64,000 bases of DNA from Octopus vulgaris (Eukaryota), in the NCBI GenBank assembly GCA_951406725.2, contig OX597828.1, forward strand, positions 33,232,001 through 33,296,000, written 5' to 3'. The position numbers and the translations under genes are program-made. Every line of letters starts with the position of its first letter. Positions within the stretch are counted from its first letter, which is position 1. Shown in pieces: positions 40,889 to 56,062 of the stretch. The notes under the pieces were generated by a model. That model saw only the letters and a program-made list of their open reading frames with translations. It had not been told where the DNA came from and did no database searches.

Positions 40889-43651
40889 ATGTACGTACGT
40901 GCGTGTATGCGTATATGTTAACCCTGAAATCAGAATTGTATACGTAGGTATAGTTTTAAGTACGCATATATATTCAGTGTACAATTAAAGATTGAGTCTG
41001 ACCATTCGTTCTACCCGCTTTCTATAGTCTTCTGTCGTCTAGCCTATGTAAAGTCAGTTTCGGTTCCATTTTCAAAAGGTAGATTCTATCAACACCTGAT
41101 CGGTAGTCGGATTGAATGTCCCTTCTTCAGAACCTTTTCGATTACACACTGAGTCCACCTTAAGCGTCCTTTCTACTCCCATTTCTTTGTTCTGAATCTC
41201 TAGCTATTACAATCCGTTCGACATAACCTACCGCGTCGGCGGTGGACCGCCATGTCTTAGGACCACACGCTGATTGAGGCAGCTACCATTATTACAAAGC
41301 AAGACGTGGTATTAAGAAGAGCAAAAATTAAACCTGCTAAGTTGCTGTGCTTGCTACAGGGGATCGAGAGAGAAAGGTTTGTGCTTGGGGCATCAGATAG
41401 ACGGACTGCGTAAGATGTTAATTTTTACTTCAATCAAATCTACCAGGTAGCAAACCTAAGAACTTAGCTGACAGGGTCTAAGGGAGGTAGCAAATGTGTA
41501 TGTCATATAGCATTACCTGACCATTTGTCTCAGTAGTGGTCTGGCCAGATTAAAGCATATGCTCTAAGCATGGTCACCCTGTTAGATGGTGTACTGCTCT
41601 GAACATCCTTTCTTTGGCGTATATTCGTTATGTCAGGATTTATGATTAAGTAGATATGCGTTCACGCTGGGGCATCTTAACGTTGAGCAGATGTGGTCGT
41701 CATTTGTAAGGTACACCTTTCCAATCATCTGTAATAGAGCTGCAATCCTGGGTCAAGCGATGAGTAAGAATTATGTCAGAGGCGAATATCCCTCAGTTTG
41801 TGGAAAACTGCGTCAGAACATTCAGTTAATCATCTAGAGCTGCGGAGGAGTAACGAAGTTTTCAGGAAGACGCTGGACAGAAACGAGAGTCAACTCACTT
41901 CGCTTTTTTGAAGAATAGTCGACCAGGTCAATTATGGATAGACTCTACAGACATGAGGAAAGTATCAACCAGTCTCATGGGAGGTTATAGAAGATGAAAC
42001 CGTTCTCCACAAAGCTATTTAGGGTCCGAGATTTCCTGATCTCTTGGTTTATTACCAACTGCTGTTGTCTTGTGCCGGGCTGATCCAACATTCATAAATA
42101 TTACCTTTCCATATTTGTTTGAGTAGAAATTGTGGACACTTTCTTGCATTTGGTAGCTAAGGTGCAAGAAATGTTTCAGTTTTCACTGAGGAATGTGGGC
42201 AGACAATTTCCTCTTCAACTATGTTTTCATAGATTAGATCCGGGAATACAAGTTCGTAACAGCCTCTGTAGTAGAGATTGAAGGTGGAGAGGAAGGTGTT
42301 GCTTTCCCGAAATTTTGTTTAATGGTTGAATCTGTATTTCTTACTATACAGCTGATGAATAACACTTACACTGGATACTCAGGAAATCGAAAATCTATAG
42401 AGTTCCTTCATAGACTTCAAGTACTATGGTGAAAAGACAGTCGTTAAAGGCTGCCATGATACTTCTTCTAGCTTTCTAAGCTCTGAATTTAAATTCCAAC
42501 AAAATCGCTATTGATTCTTTTCCCTTTCTCGATCGATAAAGTAGGACTTCATTTCAATACTTAGGATGCACACAGACACATACACTATATCTCTCTCTCT
42601 CCCTCTTCTTTTTCTTTATTCATCTCTTTTCCCTACCGCTACTCTTTTTCTTATTTTTCATCTTTTCTTCTCTCTTTTCCCCGTTTCCTCTCGCTATCTC
42701 TCTCTCTCGCTCCCTCTCTGTCTATCTATGTGTTTGTTTCTCTTTGTGATCCACGAAGGAAAGGAATGTGCTCCGCCTGGAACAGACACTCAACGCACAC
42801 CGTCTATCAGGACAGCAATCCTAAGACTTGATAGGTATGTCATGGCGAAGATCGATCCTGTTATAAGAGTGGCTGCTCTCCATGCAACTTTCACATATAG
42901 GCATAGAATGAGATTTCTGTCCCTTCTTGTTTAGTTAATTCAATTCCTTGTAGCACATCGTTCACTTTCTCTAACCCTACCTTGTTAATCGACCATGCAT
43001 TTCCTCAAAACGTTTGTACTCATGACATGTACAGAAGCCGTCATCATGTCCATAATCATCACCATCATCACCATCATCATCATCATGGCGGTGGCGGCAG
43101 CGTCTGTGGTGGTGGTGGTGGTGGTGGTGCCGCTGCTGCAGACGTTGTTGCTGTTCTTAAAGTGCATTTCGTGACAGATTCAGTAGGTTGCCGATTTAAT
43201 TGTTATCGGAGAGTACTGACAGAATTTCAGGCCTTGGTCCAAAAATTCAAATCATTAAATTTTAAGGCAGCCTTTTTCCTACTATTTTTGCCTTCTTCAT
43301 TTGTAGCCTCAACTTTCTCATTTTATCTGCTTCTCTCTCTCTCTCTCTCTGACACTATTCCCCACTTCCGTCTCCTTTCACCGTTTTCTTTCTCTCTCGT
43401 ATATGTGACAGTGTGTTTATGCGTATTCACACACACGCATACACACACACAAATACACACACACACACACACTTATTTAAACGATATATATTTGCGTGTG
43501 AATGTGCGTGGTTGTACATACGCACGTACACACATACACATTTATTAATGAGATGTGTGTATACGTTATCTGTATGTATAACGCATGTGCATACATACAT
43601 ACATAAATATATACATACATGTGTGTGTATAGTGTAAACATGAATATACGT

Positions 43652-43958
43652 GTGTGGTGCAATGGCCCAGTGGTTAGGCAGCGGACTCGTGGTCGGAGGA
43701 TCGCGGTTTCGATTCCCAGACCAGGCCTTGCGAGTGTTTATTGAGCGAAAACACCTAAAGCTCCACGAGGCTCCGGCAGGGGATGGTGGCGATCCCTGCT
43801 GTACTCTTTCGCCACAACTTTCTCTCACTCTTCTGTTGGCCTGCTCGCTTAGCCAGCGGGGTGGCGTCATTTGAAGGCTAAAACAATGCGAAGCACATTG
43901 TGACCAGCGATGTGTAGAAACATCTGATAGCCTGGTCGGTCACGGTGATCACGGTGAT
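43652..43958 (+). mobile_element. SINE family B, full length
   Basis: Reverse complement of 26877-27184 with few differences. Confidence 0.92.
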
Positions 43959-43974
43959 ATGGTGTGTATATATG

Positions 43975-44247
43975 TATGCCTGTGTAACCTTAACATAGAT
44001 GTCGGGGAGATTCAGAGTGACAGTGTGACAAAGCTGGCCATTTGAAATACAGCTACAATACAAAGAGCGAGAAAAAGGTGTGGTGTTAAAAAATACAGCA
44101 AGGTTCTCCACCCCACCTCCGCAGGAAGCGTGTGGGGCTTTATGTCTTTTCGCTCAATAAACACTTACAGCACCCGATGTGGGAATCGAAACCGCGATCC
44201 TATGATCACGAGTCCGCTGCCCTAATAACTGGGCCATTGCGACTCCA
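43975..44247 (-). mobile_element. SINE with family-B-like head and different body
   Basis: Head gtggagtcgcaatggcccagt..gtttcgattccc. Body after about 44115 does not match family B. Confidence 0.75.
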
Positions 44248-44281
44248 CATATACATATATATACATACATATATATATATA

Positions 44282-44353
<72 letters not shown>

Positions 44354-44451
44354 TAAAAAAAATGGAGTTAAGGCAGGTGTAATCAAATATTTTGCTGCAC
44401 TGGTAACTATTTTTTTCCGTGTTAATTGTTAACAAGGTAAAAATACACTCA

Positions 44452-44524
<73 letters not shown>

Positions 44525-44818
44525 TGAGATAGATAGATATAAAACATAGAGATAATGAAAGTCATTATCTTACAGCCGTTTCTACTCTAAGATGTGGTGT
44601 ACTCTTAGATGAGTACCAGGTTAACATCTTATCGCAGAAACAACCTTTAAGCTAATGAAGTTCTTTTTGTGGTGTCGTCTTTTTGTTCCTATTACTACTG
44701 TATATTCCTATAGCATCGTGTTCTGAGTCATACGTATATTGATTTCTACACCTGTTTATTAGTTACCCTATGCCTAAGCAAAATATATAAACATATATAT
44801 ATATATATATATATATAA

Positions 44819-44884
<66 letters not shown>

Positions 44885-44892
<8 letters not shown>

Positions 44893-45047
44893 ATCACGTG
44901 ACCGACAAGGCTAGCAGATGTTGCTACACATCGCTGGTGACAATGCGCTCAGCATTGTTTTAGCCTTCAAATGACGCCACCCCGCTGGCTAAGTGAGCAG
45001 GCCAACAGAAGAAAGAGTGAGAGAAAGTTGCGGCGAAATAGTACAGA
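44885..45047 (-). mobile_element. SINE family B, 3' half
   Basis: Matches 26877-27040. Confidence 0.88.
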
Positions 45048-45731
45048 AGGGGTCGTGGAGCTCATGAGCTGTGGCCATGATGGGGCATCGCCATTCAATA
45101 AAATTGGACCCTGGAGAGTACTTCGCCCGAATGTATGTATATATATATATATACTTTAAGTGTATTTTAGCATTTAGAGTACTAATGCGCCAACAGCAGG
45201 TAAGTCGAATGAGCAGATCTACTGTGAGCGAGAGTTATCTCGTATTTTATCAAAGTTTAAAGGATAAAGAGATACCCTTCGTATTTTGTCGTGGTACAGT
45301 ACCAAATGTCTGTTTTACCATTGTTATTACTGTTCTCAAATATCTCCGGATATACATGTAAAATGCTTTATTGATCGTCATTCTTCACGGAACAAACATC
45401 TGATTAATGCCGATACCTGCTGTGACATTGCATACGATTCTAACCATTGTATAAATAATTCTGCTGAATCTTTATCTTGTATCTTTTATCAAACACTTGT
45501 TTCACTGATTGGATTTAGCCACGCTGGGGCACTATCATGAAGAGTTTAGTGGAAGATCTCGACAACGCTACTTATTTTGATGTCTCGTACATGCTCTTTT
45601 GGGGTCCTTTGCCAGGTTGCTGACATATGGAGGCGTAAGCAAAGATATTGGCTGTCAAGTGGTGGGGGAAAGGGGACAAACACAACACAAAGACAAAGGC
45701 TTACGAAAATATGCATAACTATCACTCACTC

Positions 45732-45798
<67 letters not shown>

Positions 45799-45859
45799 GG
45801 AGAAAGAGAGAGAGAGAAAGACCAAAGTGTACGTACGCCACTATATATTTTTAGATATA

Positions 45860-46486
45860 TAAAATACAAAATGTGACAAGAACGCAAAACCTCCAGACAG
45901 TTATGCGATACAAAAAAAGGGACGACAAAATATCCAGACAGACGATACAAAGAAAACAAGGACAGGTCATCCGAAGTTTTCTATCCTCAGTCGGCTGGTT
46001 ATACTCGGGATTGTTCCAATCTGGCCAGCCCCGAGGAAAAACTAAGCTAAGAGCTTCGTTCCCCTTCTCTCACATTTCCTTGCCTTCTCTCAATTTATCC
46101 TTAGTCGAAAGACACTTGTTGTTATGTCTTGTTATTTGAATTTGTGTAACGTTCTCCCCTCTTTTTTTTTTGCTTGTTTTCTTCGTATCGTCTATCTGGA
46201 TTATCCCAGTTTGTATTATGTTTATATATACATATATTTCGTTTTTGGATTTGATTTGCAAGATTATTAATGTGAGTTCGTGTGTTGAAGCATATTCTGT
46301 TTAGTCTGGGGAGAGTTATTCTATTTTAATGCCTTATAATTTAACACACTCATCGCTAAAATTTCCACTTATTTCTTTTTATTCTTTTAAAATTTTCGTT
46401 GACTCTGTCTGTTATTCACACTATATTTTGTTTTTGTTTGTTCGCATGTGTGTGGGTAAGTGTGTGTGTGTGTGCCTACATATGCT

Positions 46487-46518
<32 letters not shown>

Positions 46519-47075
46519 TGTATGTATGTATGTATGTATGTATGTATGTATGTATGTATGTATGTATGCATGCATGTATGTGTGTGTGTCTTTGTATATG
46601 TGTATGTGTACCTCTGTCTCCTTGTGTGTGCATGTCTGAATGTGTGTGTGTATATATTGGTCATGTGTTTCAGTTTTCATTTGTGTATGTTTATACAAGA
46701 ATACAAGAAAAAATAAGACAAGGACGAAACATGCGACAGCAAAACATCCAGGCAGTTAGATGATACAAAAAAGAGACACGAAAAAACAAGAACGAGCCAT
46801 TCAGAGTTTTGTTTCGTCAGTCGAGATCCAGATTATCTTTGCAGTTTCAGTTGGTTATACTCGAGACTGCTCCAATCTGGGCAGCCCCAAGGAAAATCTA
46901 AGCTAAGAGCACTAGATTCCTTGCAAGAAAGCACCGAATGTATACGAAAACAAGGACGGAAAAAACGGGGAAATGGTACACGAATACAAATGCAAACAAC
47001 AGGACATCTTTCGACTAAAGACGAATTAAATCATGCTGGCGTGTGTGGAAGTGAAGCCTTACGGTAGCGACATAA
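45860..47075. repeat. Cluster of related repeat fragments in both orientations
   Basis: About 45880-46055 resembles 46715-46912. 45932-45960 is inverted at 46174-46200. About 46285-46400 is the reverse complement of about 6065-6185. Confidence 0.6.
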
Positions 47076-47194
47076 AAGATGACAGGCATATATATATATA
47101 ATTTTAATCCAAACGGGAAACAAAAAAAACACAACAACAATGGAACAATTACAGTATTATTATTAATAGGCGCTCAGGAAATGGAAGCAGGGAG

Positions 47195-47229
47195 GTATGA
47201 CGTTTCGAGCGGAGCTCTTCGTCGGAAAC
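47195..47229 (-). ncRNA. Decayed hammerhead ribozyme
   Basis: CCGACGA-A-GAGC-tcc-GCTC-GAAAC-GTC. Core U4 replaced and stem I broken. Same family as 6938-6975. Confidence 0.55.
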
Positions 47230-47569
47230 ATAAAGAAGGAAGAGAGAGGAAAGAAAGATCCCAGAGCGGGCAACAGGGATAGAGAAAAAAAAACGACTGG
47301 TGTTTACGAGTTACACATGGTGAAAGGCGGATGTTTACGATAACAAGAGCAAAGTGGGTTTTTAAAGGCAAAAGAGTGGAGACAAGGTTGGTAACAGCAG
47401 ATGTGTGTGTATGTGTGAGTGTGTGCGTGTGCGTGTGTGTATGTGTGTGTGTGAGGCGAGATAAAAAAACAAAAAATATATGTATGTGTTAGTGTGTGCG
47501 TCTGTGTGTAGGCGTGTGAGGTAGGGCGAGACGGTGGTCAGCATAGCAGACAAAGGTCAGTAGTAAGAA

Positions 47570-47603
<34 letters not shown>

Positions 47604-47609
47604 ATATAT

Positions 47610-47975
47610 ATATTCTTTTATTCTTTTTACTTTTACTTGAATTGTTTCAGTCATTTCACTGCGGCCATGCTGGAGCATCACATTTAGGCGAAGAGATCGA
47701 TCCCCAGGTCTCATTCTTTGTAAGCTTAGTACATATCCTATCGGTGCTTTTCCCGAACCGCTAAGTTATGTGGACGTAAACACACCAGCGTCGATGGTAG
47801 GATGCTAAGGGGACAAACACAGACACATAAGCATATATATACGACGGGCTTCTTTCAGTTTCCATCTAACAAATCTATTCACAAGACACTTGCCGAAGGT
47901 GCTACGCAGTGGGATTGAAACCTGGAACCTTGTGGTTGGGAAGCAAGCTTCTTACCATACAGCTACTCCTGTGCC
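47610..47975 (-). mobile_element. SINE family A, diverged
   Basis: Both head and tail motifs present in reverse complement. Confidence 0.85.
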
Positions 47976-47980
47976 TATGT

Positions 47981-48057
<77 letters not shown>

Positions 48058-48456
48058 AACAACATATATACACATATATCATGGGCTTCCTTAAGTTTCT
48101 GTCAGCACAATTATCTAACAAGGCATTTGTCGGACCAGGACTATATTAAAAGATACCGGCCAATGGTGTCACGTTGACGGATTGGACCTGAAGCGACGTG
48201 GTTGCAAAGCCACCGTCCACTCTCAAACAGATTTCTCATAAAAAGCAGTCATTGCTCAACATACAATAAATTGCCAAAGGCAATAAACATGTTCTTTCAA
48301 ACACGTTTAGATCGGTGCCTAACTGTCATTGCTCTTATTAGATAAAATGTAAACATCAACCGTAAACACCAATAGAGTCGCAAGCACACTGCGTCCACTT
48401 TGTAGGCGAACGATTTTAAATGGTTTCTTTTCGGACAGTAACTTTCGTGTGTGTGT

Positions 48457-48547
<91 letters not shown>

Positions 48548-48721
48548 TATGTCGGTATGTATGTATGTACAATTTTTTTCTGGAATGGATTTCGAAGCAC
48601 ATGCAAAGCAACAAATAATGGCATGAAAAAGTTGGGATGAAAACCCGTTTTGAACAGAAAAAGTCGACGGCTGCCCTTAAAACACGAACTCGTATTTCCC
48701 ATAGACAGGTATACAGACACA

Positions 48722-48955
48722 AAGGCGGCGAGCTGGCAGAAACGTTAGCACGCCGGGCGAAATGCTTAGCGGTATTTCGTCTGCGTTACGTTGTGAGTTC
48801 AAATTCCGCCGAGGTCGACTTTGCCTTTCATCCTTTCGGGGTCGATAAATTAAGTACCAGTTACGCACTGGGGTCGATGTAATCGACTTAATACCTATGT
48901 CTGTCCTTGTTTGTCCCCTCTGCGTTTAGCCCCTTGTGGGTAATAAAGAAATAGG
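48722..48955 (+). mobile_element. tRNA-derived SINE family D, full length
   Basis: aaggcggcgagcTGGCAGAAACG...GAGTTCAAATTCC..ggggtcgataaattaagtaccag. Confidence 0.9.
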
Positions 48956-48971
48956 TATGCAGACACAATCA

Positions 48972-49018
<47 letters not shown>

Positions 49019-49023
49019 ACACA

Positions 49024-49214
49024 TATGAGGGGACGCTGAAAAGGGTGTCGCTTAACGTCTGGTTGGATGCCCAGTTTTCAGAGTTCTTTTACAGGGCTTA
49101 GAAAAACTGAAGAACTGCTGCAATAATGGTGTGAATCTGAGAAGGGAATTAACTGATCTTCCTGTAGATGTTTCGTTTTACTCAAAGCCAAGAACTTTTC
49201 AACATCACCTGGTA
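49024..49214 (+). mobile_element. Mariner internal-deletion derivative (MITE-like)
   Basis: Imperfect TIRs ta-tgaggggacgctgaaaag / cttttcaacatcacctgg-ta. Interior encodes a transposase C-terminal remnant (GLEKLKNCCNNGVNLR). Confidence 0.7.
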
Positions 49215-49652
49215 TACGCATGTATATATATGTATATATGTCTCTTTATTAGCATATAAATATATCTACACACTCGCACGTAGCGTGCACAGTAGCATAC
49301 ATATACAAACATATAATCTACGCATGGAAAACGAGATGGCAATGTGGCTACACTTACATGTGTGTATGTATGTGTGAGCGTACGTGTGTGAGTGTGTGTG
49401 TGTGTGTCTGTATGTATTTGCGTGTTCGCTGATGTAAAGATGTGTGTGTATGTGTGAGTGGTGGGCGTATGCATTGGATTGTACACATGTTTGTACGCAT
49501 GTACAAGCATTCATTCACACAAATACCATGTTAAGTTTCTCCAAAATGTCTTACGTGAGGATCAAATGTGATTTCACGCGTCAAGAGTCATTACAATATG
49601 GCAATCGTGAAATACAAAACAAGGAAGTTGGTGTCGCACAAACATCTAAAAG

Positions 49653-49827
<175 letters not shown>

Positions 49828-50178
49828 GTTCATATATATGTACACACACACACACACAGCTGCTGCAGAAGATTAACATACAAAAAAAAATTATATTATT
49901 CTGGCCGCTACATTTCGACCAGTGACAAAGCGAAAAGCTTCCTTCTCCTTTGTATGGTCCCTGTTTTAAACTCCAGCTATTTTAGCTCATCTTAGCTTAT
50001 CTTATCCATTTCAAGGTTCACCAAACATTTTTACATTGGGTTCAATGAACTGACATATTTGATCACGTATCTGTATGTGTCTTAAGTTTTCCACTTGTAT
50101 ATACCTCTGTGTATGTACGTCTGTTCTAAACGGTGTTGCAAATTATATATCTGTTCGCATCACTGTTTCTCTGCGTAT

Positions 50179-50216
<38 letters not shown>

Positions 50217-51453
50217 GTATATGTGTCTGCCGTATGTGTATATACTTGTGTGTATATGCTACATGTGTGTTTGTATGTGTATGCATTTGTGTGGAAGTGT
50301 ATCAGTGTATATCAGTGCCAGTGTGTCTGTACGTGTGTGCGTGTTTGTTTGCTGCATCATATGTATGTGCTGCATTGAAGCAAGCTAGTGTTTGTGAGTC
50401 TGTGAGGTTAACCAAGAGAGAGAAGCCAATGATTCACAAATGATGTTGTCGCTATACTATTTTCAGAGAAAACAGAACACAAATTGAGGCTCAAATAGCC
50501 GCACTCTTTTTCGCAGCTACGAATAGGAATTAAAATACACCGTATTAACAAAACACAATGTTAACGAAAAAGAGCCAGAGTACAGTTCAATGGGGTTCGC
50601 GTTCGAGTGGGTAGTTCAAATCGCAACAACTTGACGATAAAGGGCATCCATTGAATTGGTCTATGCAAGAAGACATTCCTAATGATTTTCAGTGTGTGTG
50701 TGTGTGTCTGTGTGTGGGGTGGTAGGGATTTGTTTAGACTAAGGAAATTAGTAGTTTCTGAACTTGCAGAACACAGAGGGCCGATTTTCATAGCGTCTAA
50801 ATGACCGATATCAAAACAAACCTGTGAACGGGATGCAAGTTCGTTGCAGGGTTATTCAGTTACAATGGACCAGACCGGAGCAAAGCGAACTGTAGCTTTT
50901 TGCCCGAGAATGCAACACAATGTCAGGTACGGGAATTGAAACCACGATCTTGCGACCGTGGATTCGACACTCTAACCACGGGGCCACGTACCTACTTCTT
51001 TAAAATAAAAGCGACGCATAAAACACAAAAAGGCGCAGTTGAGTCATGTACCCGAGGCAGTTCATCATTACCAGTACGCTACACATAATCAGAAATTAGG
51101 TGCAGTAATGACCAAACATTTTATGATATAGTGTATATTAAATGGAAGTGTACGCAATAATTTGCCTTCAGTTACCCACCAGCAAGTGATGACTGATAGA
51201 CAGACCTATTAATCACAAAAGCAACATAGACGAGTAGGTCTTGTGAAACCTTACTATAAGTAACTGGAAGACACGAAGAGTTTATTATAAGCGAACAAAC
51301 TAGAGGAACGAAATGAACTCGTTTGTACAAAATATCCTCCTGGCTTATAAAGGTAGTAAAAGTAACCACAAAGTTCTCTACCTGGTAAGATATTAAATAA
51401 GAAAACGCACAAGCACTTCCTGATAATTATCTGTGTGTACATGTGTGCACATA

Positions 51454-51500
<47 letters not shown>

Positions 51501-51719
51501 GTACACACATTTACGCACACATGTGCACATATACGCACACATATGCACATACATATACATATAGGGAAATGTATAACTGAATCAAGACGCATAGTATATC
51601 ATTTGCTCCACAAGTTAGTCTCAAAATTATGGTGATTTATACATGAAATGCGGCGTGTTCCATATGCAAAAGGATGCTGAAACAAAACAGTTCATTATGT
51701 GTGTGTGTATGTGTGTATG

Positions 51720-51762
<43 letters not shown>

Positions 51763-51764
51763 CT

Positions 51765-52145
51765 CATCTTTTACTTGTTTAACTTATTGGACTGCAGCCA
51801 TGTTGGTTCACCGCCTTGAAAGGTTTAGTTGGACAAATCGATTCTTGCACTTATTTTTCCTTTAAATCTGGTACTTAATCCATCAGTCTCAATTGTCGAA
51901 TCGCTAGATTAACTAGACGTACAAACATCAACATCGGTTGCCAAGTGAGGGTTTAGGAAAAAACACAAACAGGCACACAGAGATACACAAAGATATATTC
52001 TATACATATACGATGGGCTTCCGTCAGCTTTCAGATTCTATCAACTAAATTTACTCACAAGGATTTGGTCGGCTCATGTCTAAAGTAGAATGCGGCATAC
52101 TAAGTTAACATGGAGTGGGATTGAACATGTGGTTGGGAAGAAGAC
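51765..52145 (-). mobile_element. SINE family A, strongly diverged
   Basis: ttttacttgttt..actgcagccatg and ctcacaagg..tttggtcggc blocks. Confidence 0.7.
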
Positions 52146-52383
52146 TCTAGGATGGCCTTGTGCTCAAGAAGCTCACTTTGCAGCCACAGCACCTTGAGCA
52201 AGTGTATTCTACTATAGACCCGGGCCTTTCACACATTTCTCAGTGGATTTAGTTAAACGATACCTGTGTGGAATCCCGTCTTGAATAAACTCATACACAC
52301 TCACGTATGTTTGTATCTATATATTGTTTGATAAGTGCCCACGCACGAAACTCACGAACCTTAGGTCACTCTGTTACTTCTGC

Positions 52384-52434
<51 letters not shown>

Positions 52435-52439
52435 ATATA

Positions 52440-52482
<43 letters not shown>

Positions 52483-52498
52483 ATATATATGTTGATAC

Positions 52499-52537
52499 AA
52501 GACTATAGCAAAGAAATACAAATTACACACACACGAA

Positions 52538-52581
<44 letters not shown>

Positions 52582-52615
52582 GTGTGTGTAATTTGTATTT
52601 CTTTGCTATAGTCTT
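52499..52615. repeat. Perfect 36-bp inverted repeat around a (TA)n spacer
   Basis: aagactatagcaaagaaatacaaattacacacacac (52499-52534) and its exact reverse complement (52580-52615). Confidence 0.92.
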
Positions 52616-52825
52616 TGTGGCTGTCACACTTCCTTCCGCTTAGCAACGTCGATAGTTAATTACCGTTCCCGTAATTTTGCGGTTACGCAAAGGAAAACGA
52701 TAATGTGAATACCGGGCTTTATAAATGAATACTGGGGTCGATTTGTTTAGTCAAGGCAGTGCTCAAGCATGGCCGTAATCCGATGAATTGAAGAAGCAAA
52801 ACGTACACACATAGATGTATCTGTA

Positions 52826-53340
<515 letters not shown>

Positions 53341-53351
53341 AGAAGAATATG

Positions 53352-54103
53352 ATGCATTCGTGCTGCGTTCAAATAGTCTCCGATTTTATATTTGCCCGCC
53401 AACCGAACGCATCGAGTAGAGACACATGGCAGAGTTATTGCATCGAGTTTGCCAAAGCTAAGTGATACACAAGTTCAAACCATCCAGAAGACACGGTAGG
53501 CCTTCGGCGATGATGCTATGTGTAAAACTCAGATCAAGGAGCGGTGCAACCGCTTGAAACACAGCTGCACCTCAGTGGAGAACGAGGCTCGTTCATGCAG
53601 GCCTTCCACAAACCGAAAATGGGAACTGATTGAGAGGGTTTAGCAAATAGTAATGGAAGACTGCCGTGTAACAATCGAGGAAATTGCTCAAGAAGTGAGA
53701 ATAAGTAGAGGACCGGTGCATATAACGGAAGATTTGTGTATACGGAGTGTGTCGCCAAAATTCGACCCCAGTGCAACCCAGCACGGAAATAGTTCAGGGC
53801 ATGCTGGAGTGTGCAAAGCACCACCCAGGCCTCATGAAGACTATCAGTACTGGTGGTGAAACATGGGTTTATGGACTCTGCTCGATGCCTTCGGTCATCT
53901 TTAGGGAAAACGAAAATCGGACGAGCGCGAAATACACGTCTGTCCTCTGGGCGTAACAGCAGGGAATTGACGCGCCCTACCGGCACGAAAATTTCCAATA
54001 CGCAGGAGGAGTGGCTTCACGTTCAACCCAATAGATTTTATTCACACGGCTTTAGTTTTGTCGAGAAAAGATTAAGTCTGGTACATTTTCAGCGCACCTC
54101 ATA
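53352..54103 (+). mobile_element. Mariner element, internally deleted
   Basis: AFGDDAMCKTQIKE, EDCRVTIEEIAQEVRISRG, SVSPKFDP, KTISTGGETWVYG (TGDETW motif). Right TIR-like ttttcagcgcacctca-ta. Confidence 0.87.
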
Positions 54104-54481
54104 AGTACACACAAACATATGCACATACATACATATATTGATTCATACATACATATATACATACACATACATACATAAATACATACATACATAGATACAT
54201 ACATACATACATACATACATACATAAATAAATAAATACATACATACATACATACAGACATACAGACATACATACGTATGTACGTATGTGTATACGTAAGC
54301 ATACAAACATACATATATAGAGAGGGAATTAGCGAGAGATTGGCATATCTATATAAGCGCATGCGTGTATGTGTGTGTATATCTGTGTGTGATAGACAAA
54401 CTGAGATAGATAGTTAGATAGAGAGAGAGACAAACAGACAGACATGTAGACAGATAGACAGACAGACAGGCAGACAGACAT

Positions 54482-54570
<89 letters not shown>

Positions 54571-54655
54571 CAGACAGACGGATAGATACATAAATAGAGA
54601 GATACATACATACATACGTACATACATAGACAGACAGACAGACAGCCAGCCAGAC

Positions 54656-54785
<130 letters not shown>

Positions 54786-55045
54786 ATGGATAGATTGATA
54801 GATAGATAGATAACGTAAATCAGGGGGAGAGAGAGAGAGGGCGCGCGAAAGAGAGATGAAAATCGAAAACTTAACAGATAACGACAAGAGTCTTAACAAC
54901 AAAGAGACAGATTTATACAACCACTATGGTCAGAAGGAAAGACTCCACCTGAATTTCTTTGACAAATCCTAATTCGCGATAAGCTAATCATAATTTTCTT
55001 TTGATCATTAATGATATTAATATTTTTGTTCTAGTCGTTGTAGCT

Positions 55046-55132
<87 letters not shown>

Positions 55133-55141
55133 GTCATCATC

Positions 55142-55206
<65 letters not shown>

Positions 55207-55524
55207 CTACTGCTTACGAATGCACAGTAGACCGCTGGGTTCCATCGGTAGATAGCAGAGACCAGAGAAGACAGATTAAAGCTTTAATCTGCTCAAGCAA
55301 CGACGTATTTCCAGCGGTGAACAACAACTAAACCGATTACAACATTTAAATATTGACAGTCTCTCAAGAAATGTCTACAGAACTGACCAAGACTGTGCGC
55401 CAAATGAACCGCGTACACAGGGCATAAATATCTCAAAAGACTTTCGCTAACTTTTCCAACAAACGTTCATAAATATCCACACACAGATATATATACACAT
55501 GTTTCATTGATGCACACACACACA

Positions 55525-55602
<78 letters not shown>

Positions 55603-55877
55603 ATATATGCATGCACATTCATATATATGCGTATATATACTTCTGTATATGTAGGTAAGTAGGTGTATGCACACACGTGTATATAATTTTATATACATAT
55701 AGAGACGATTATGTGTATATATACATATATCGTTATGCATAGACGCACACACAAATTGTGGATATGTATATGGATTTATATATATATATATGTGTATATA
55801 TATATACATATATATAAATATACATATATATATATATTCATATATGTATACACATATATATATACATATATATATAA

Positions 55878-55913
<36 letters not shown>

Positions 55914-55914
<1 letters not shown>

Positions 55915-56062
55915 CGACAGGCTTCTTTCAGTTTCCATCTACCAAATCCACTCACAAGTCTTTGGTCGGCCCAAAAATAGTCGCACATGGTTCCATGTAG
56001 TGGGATTGAACCTAGAGCCATGAGGTTAGAAAGCAAGCGTCTTACCACACAGCCACACCTCG
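55914..56062 (-). mobile_element. SINE family A head
   Basis: gcttctttcagtttcc..ccaaatccactcacaag..cttaccacacagccac. Confidence 0.82.

Noticed and set aside
42982-43548. 188-aa ORF with poly-His and poly-Gly, resembling a transcription-factor exon
   Set aside because: Derived from (CAT)n and (GGT)n repeats and runs into (CT)n and (CA)n. No domain or convincing splice sites.
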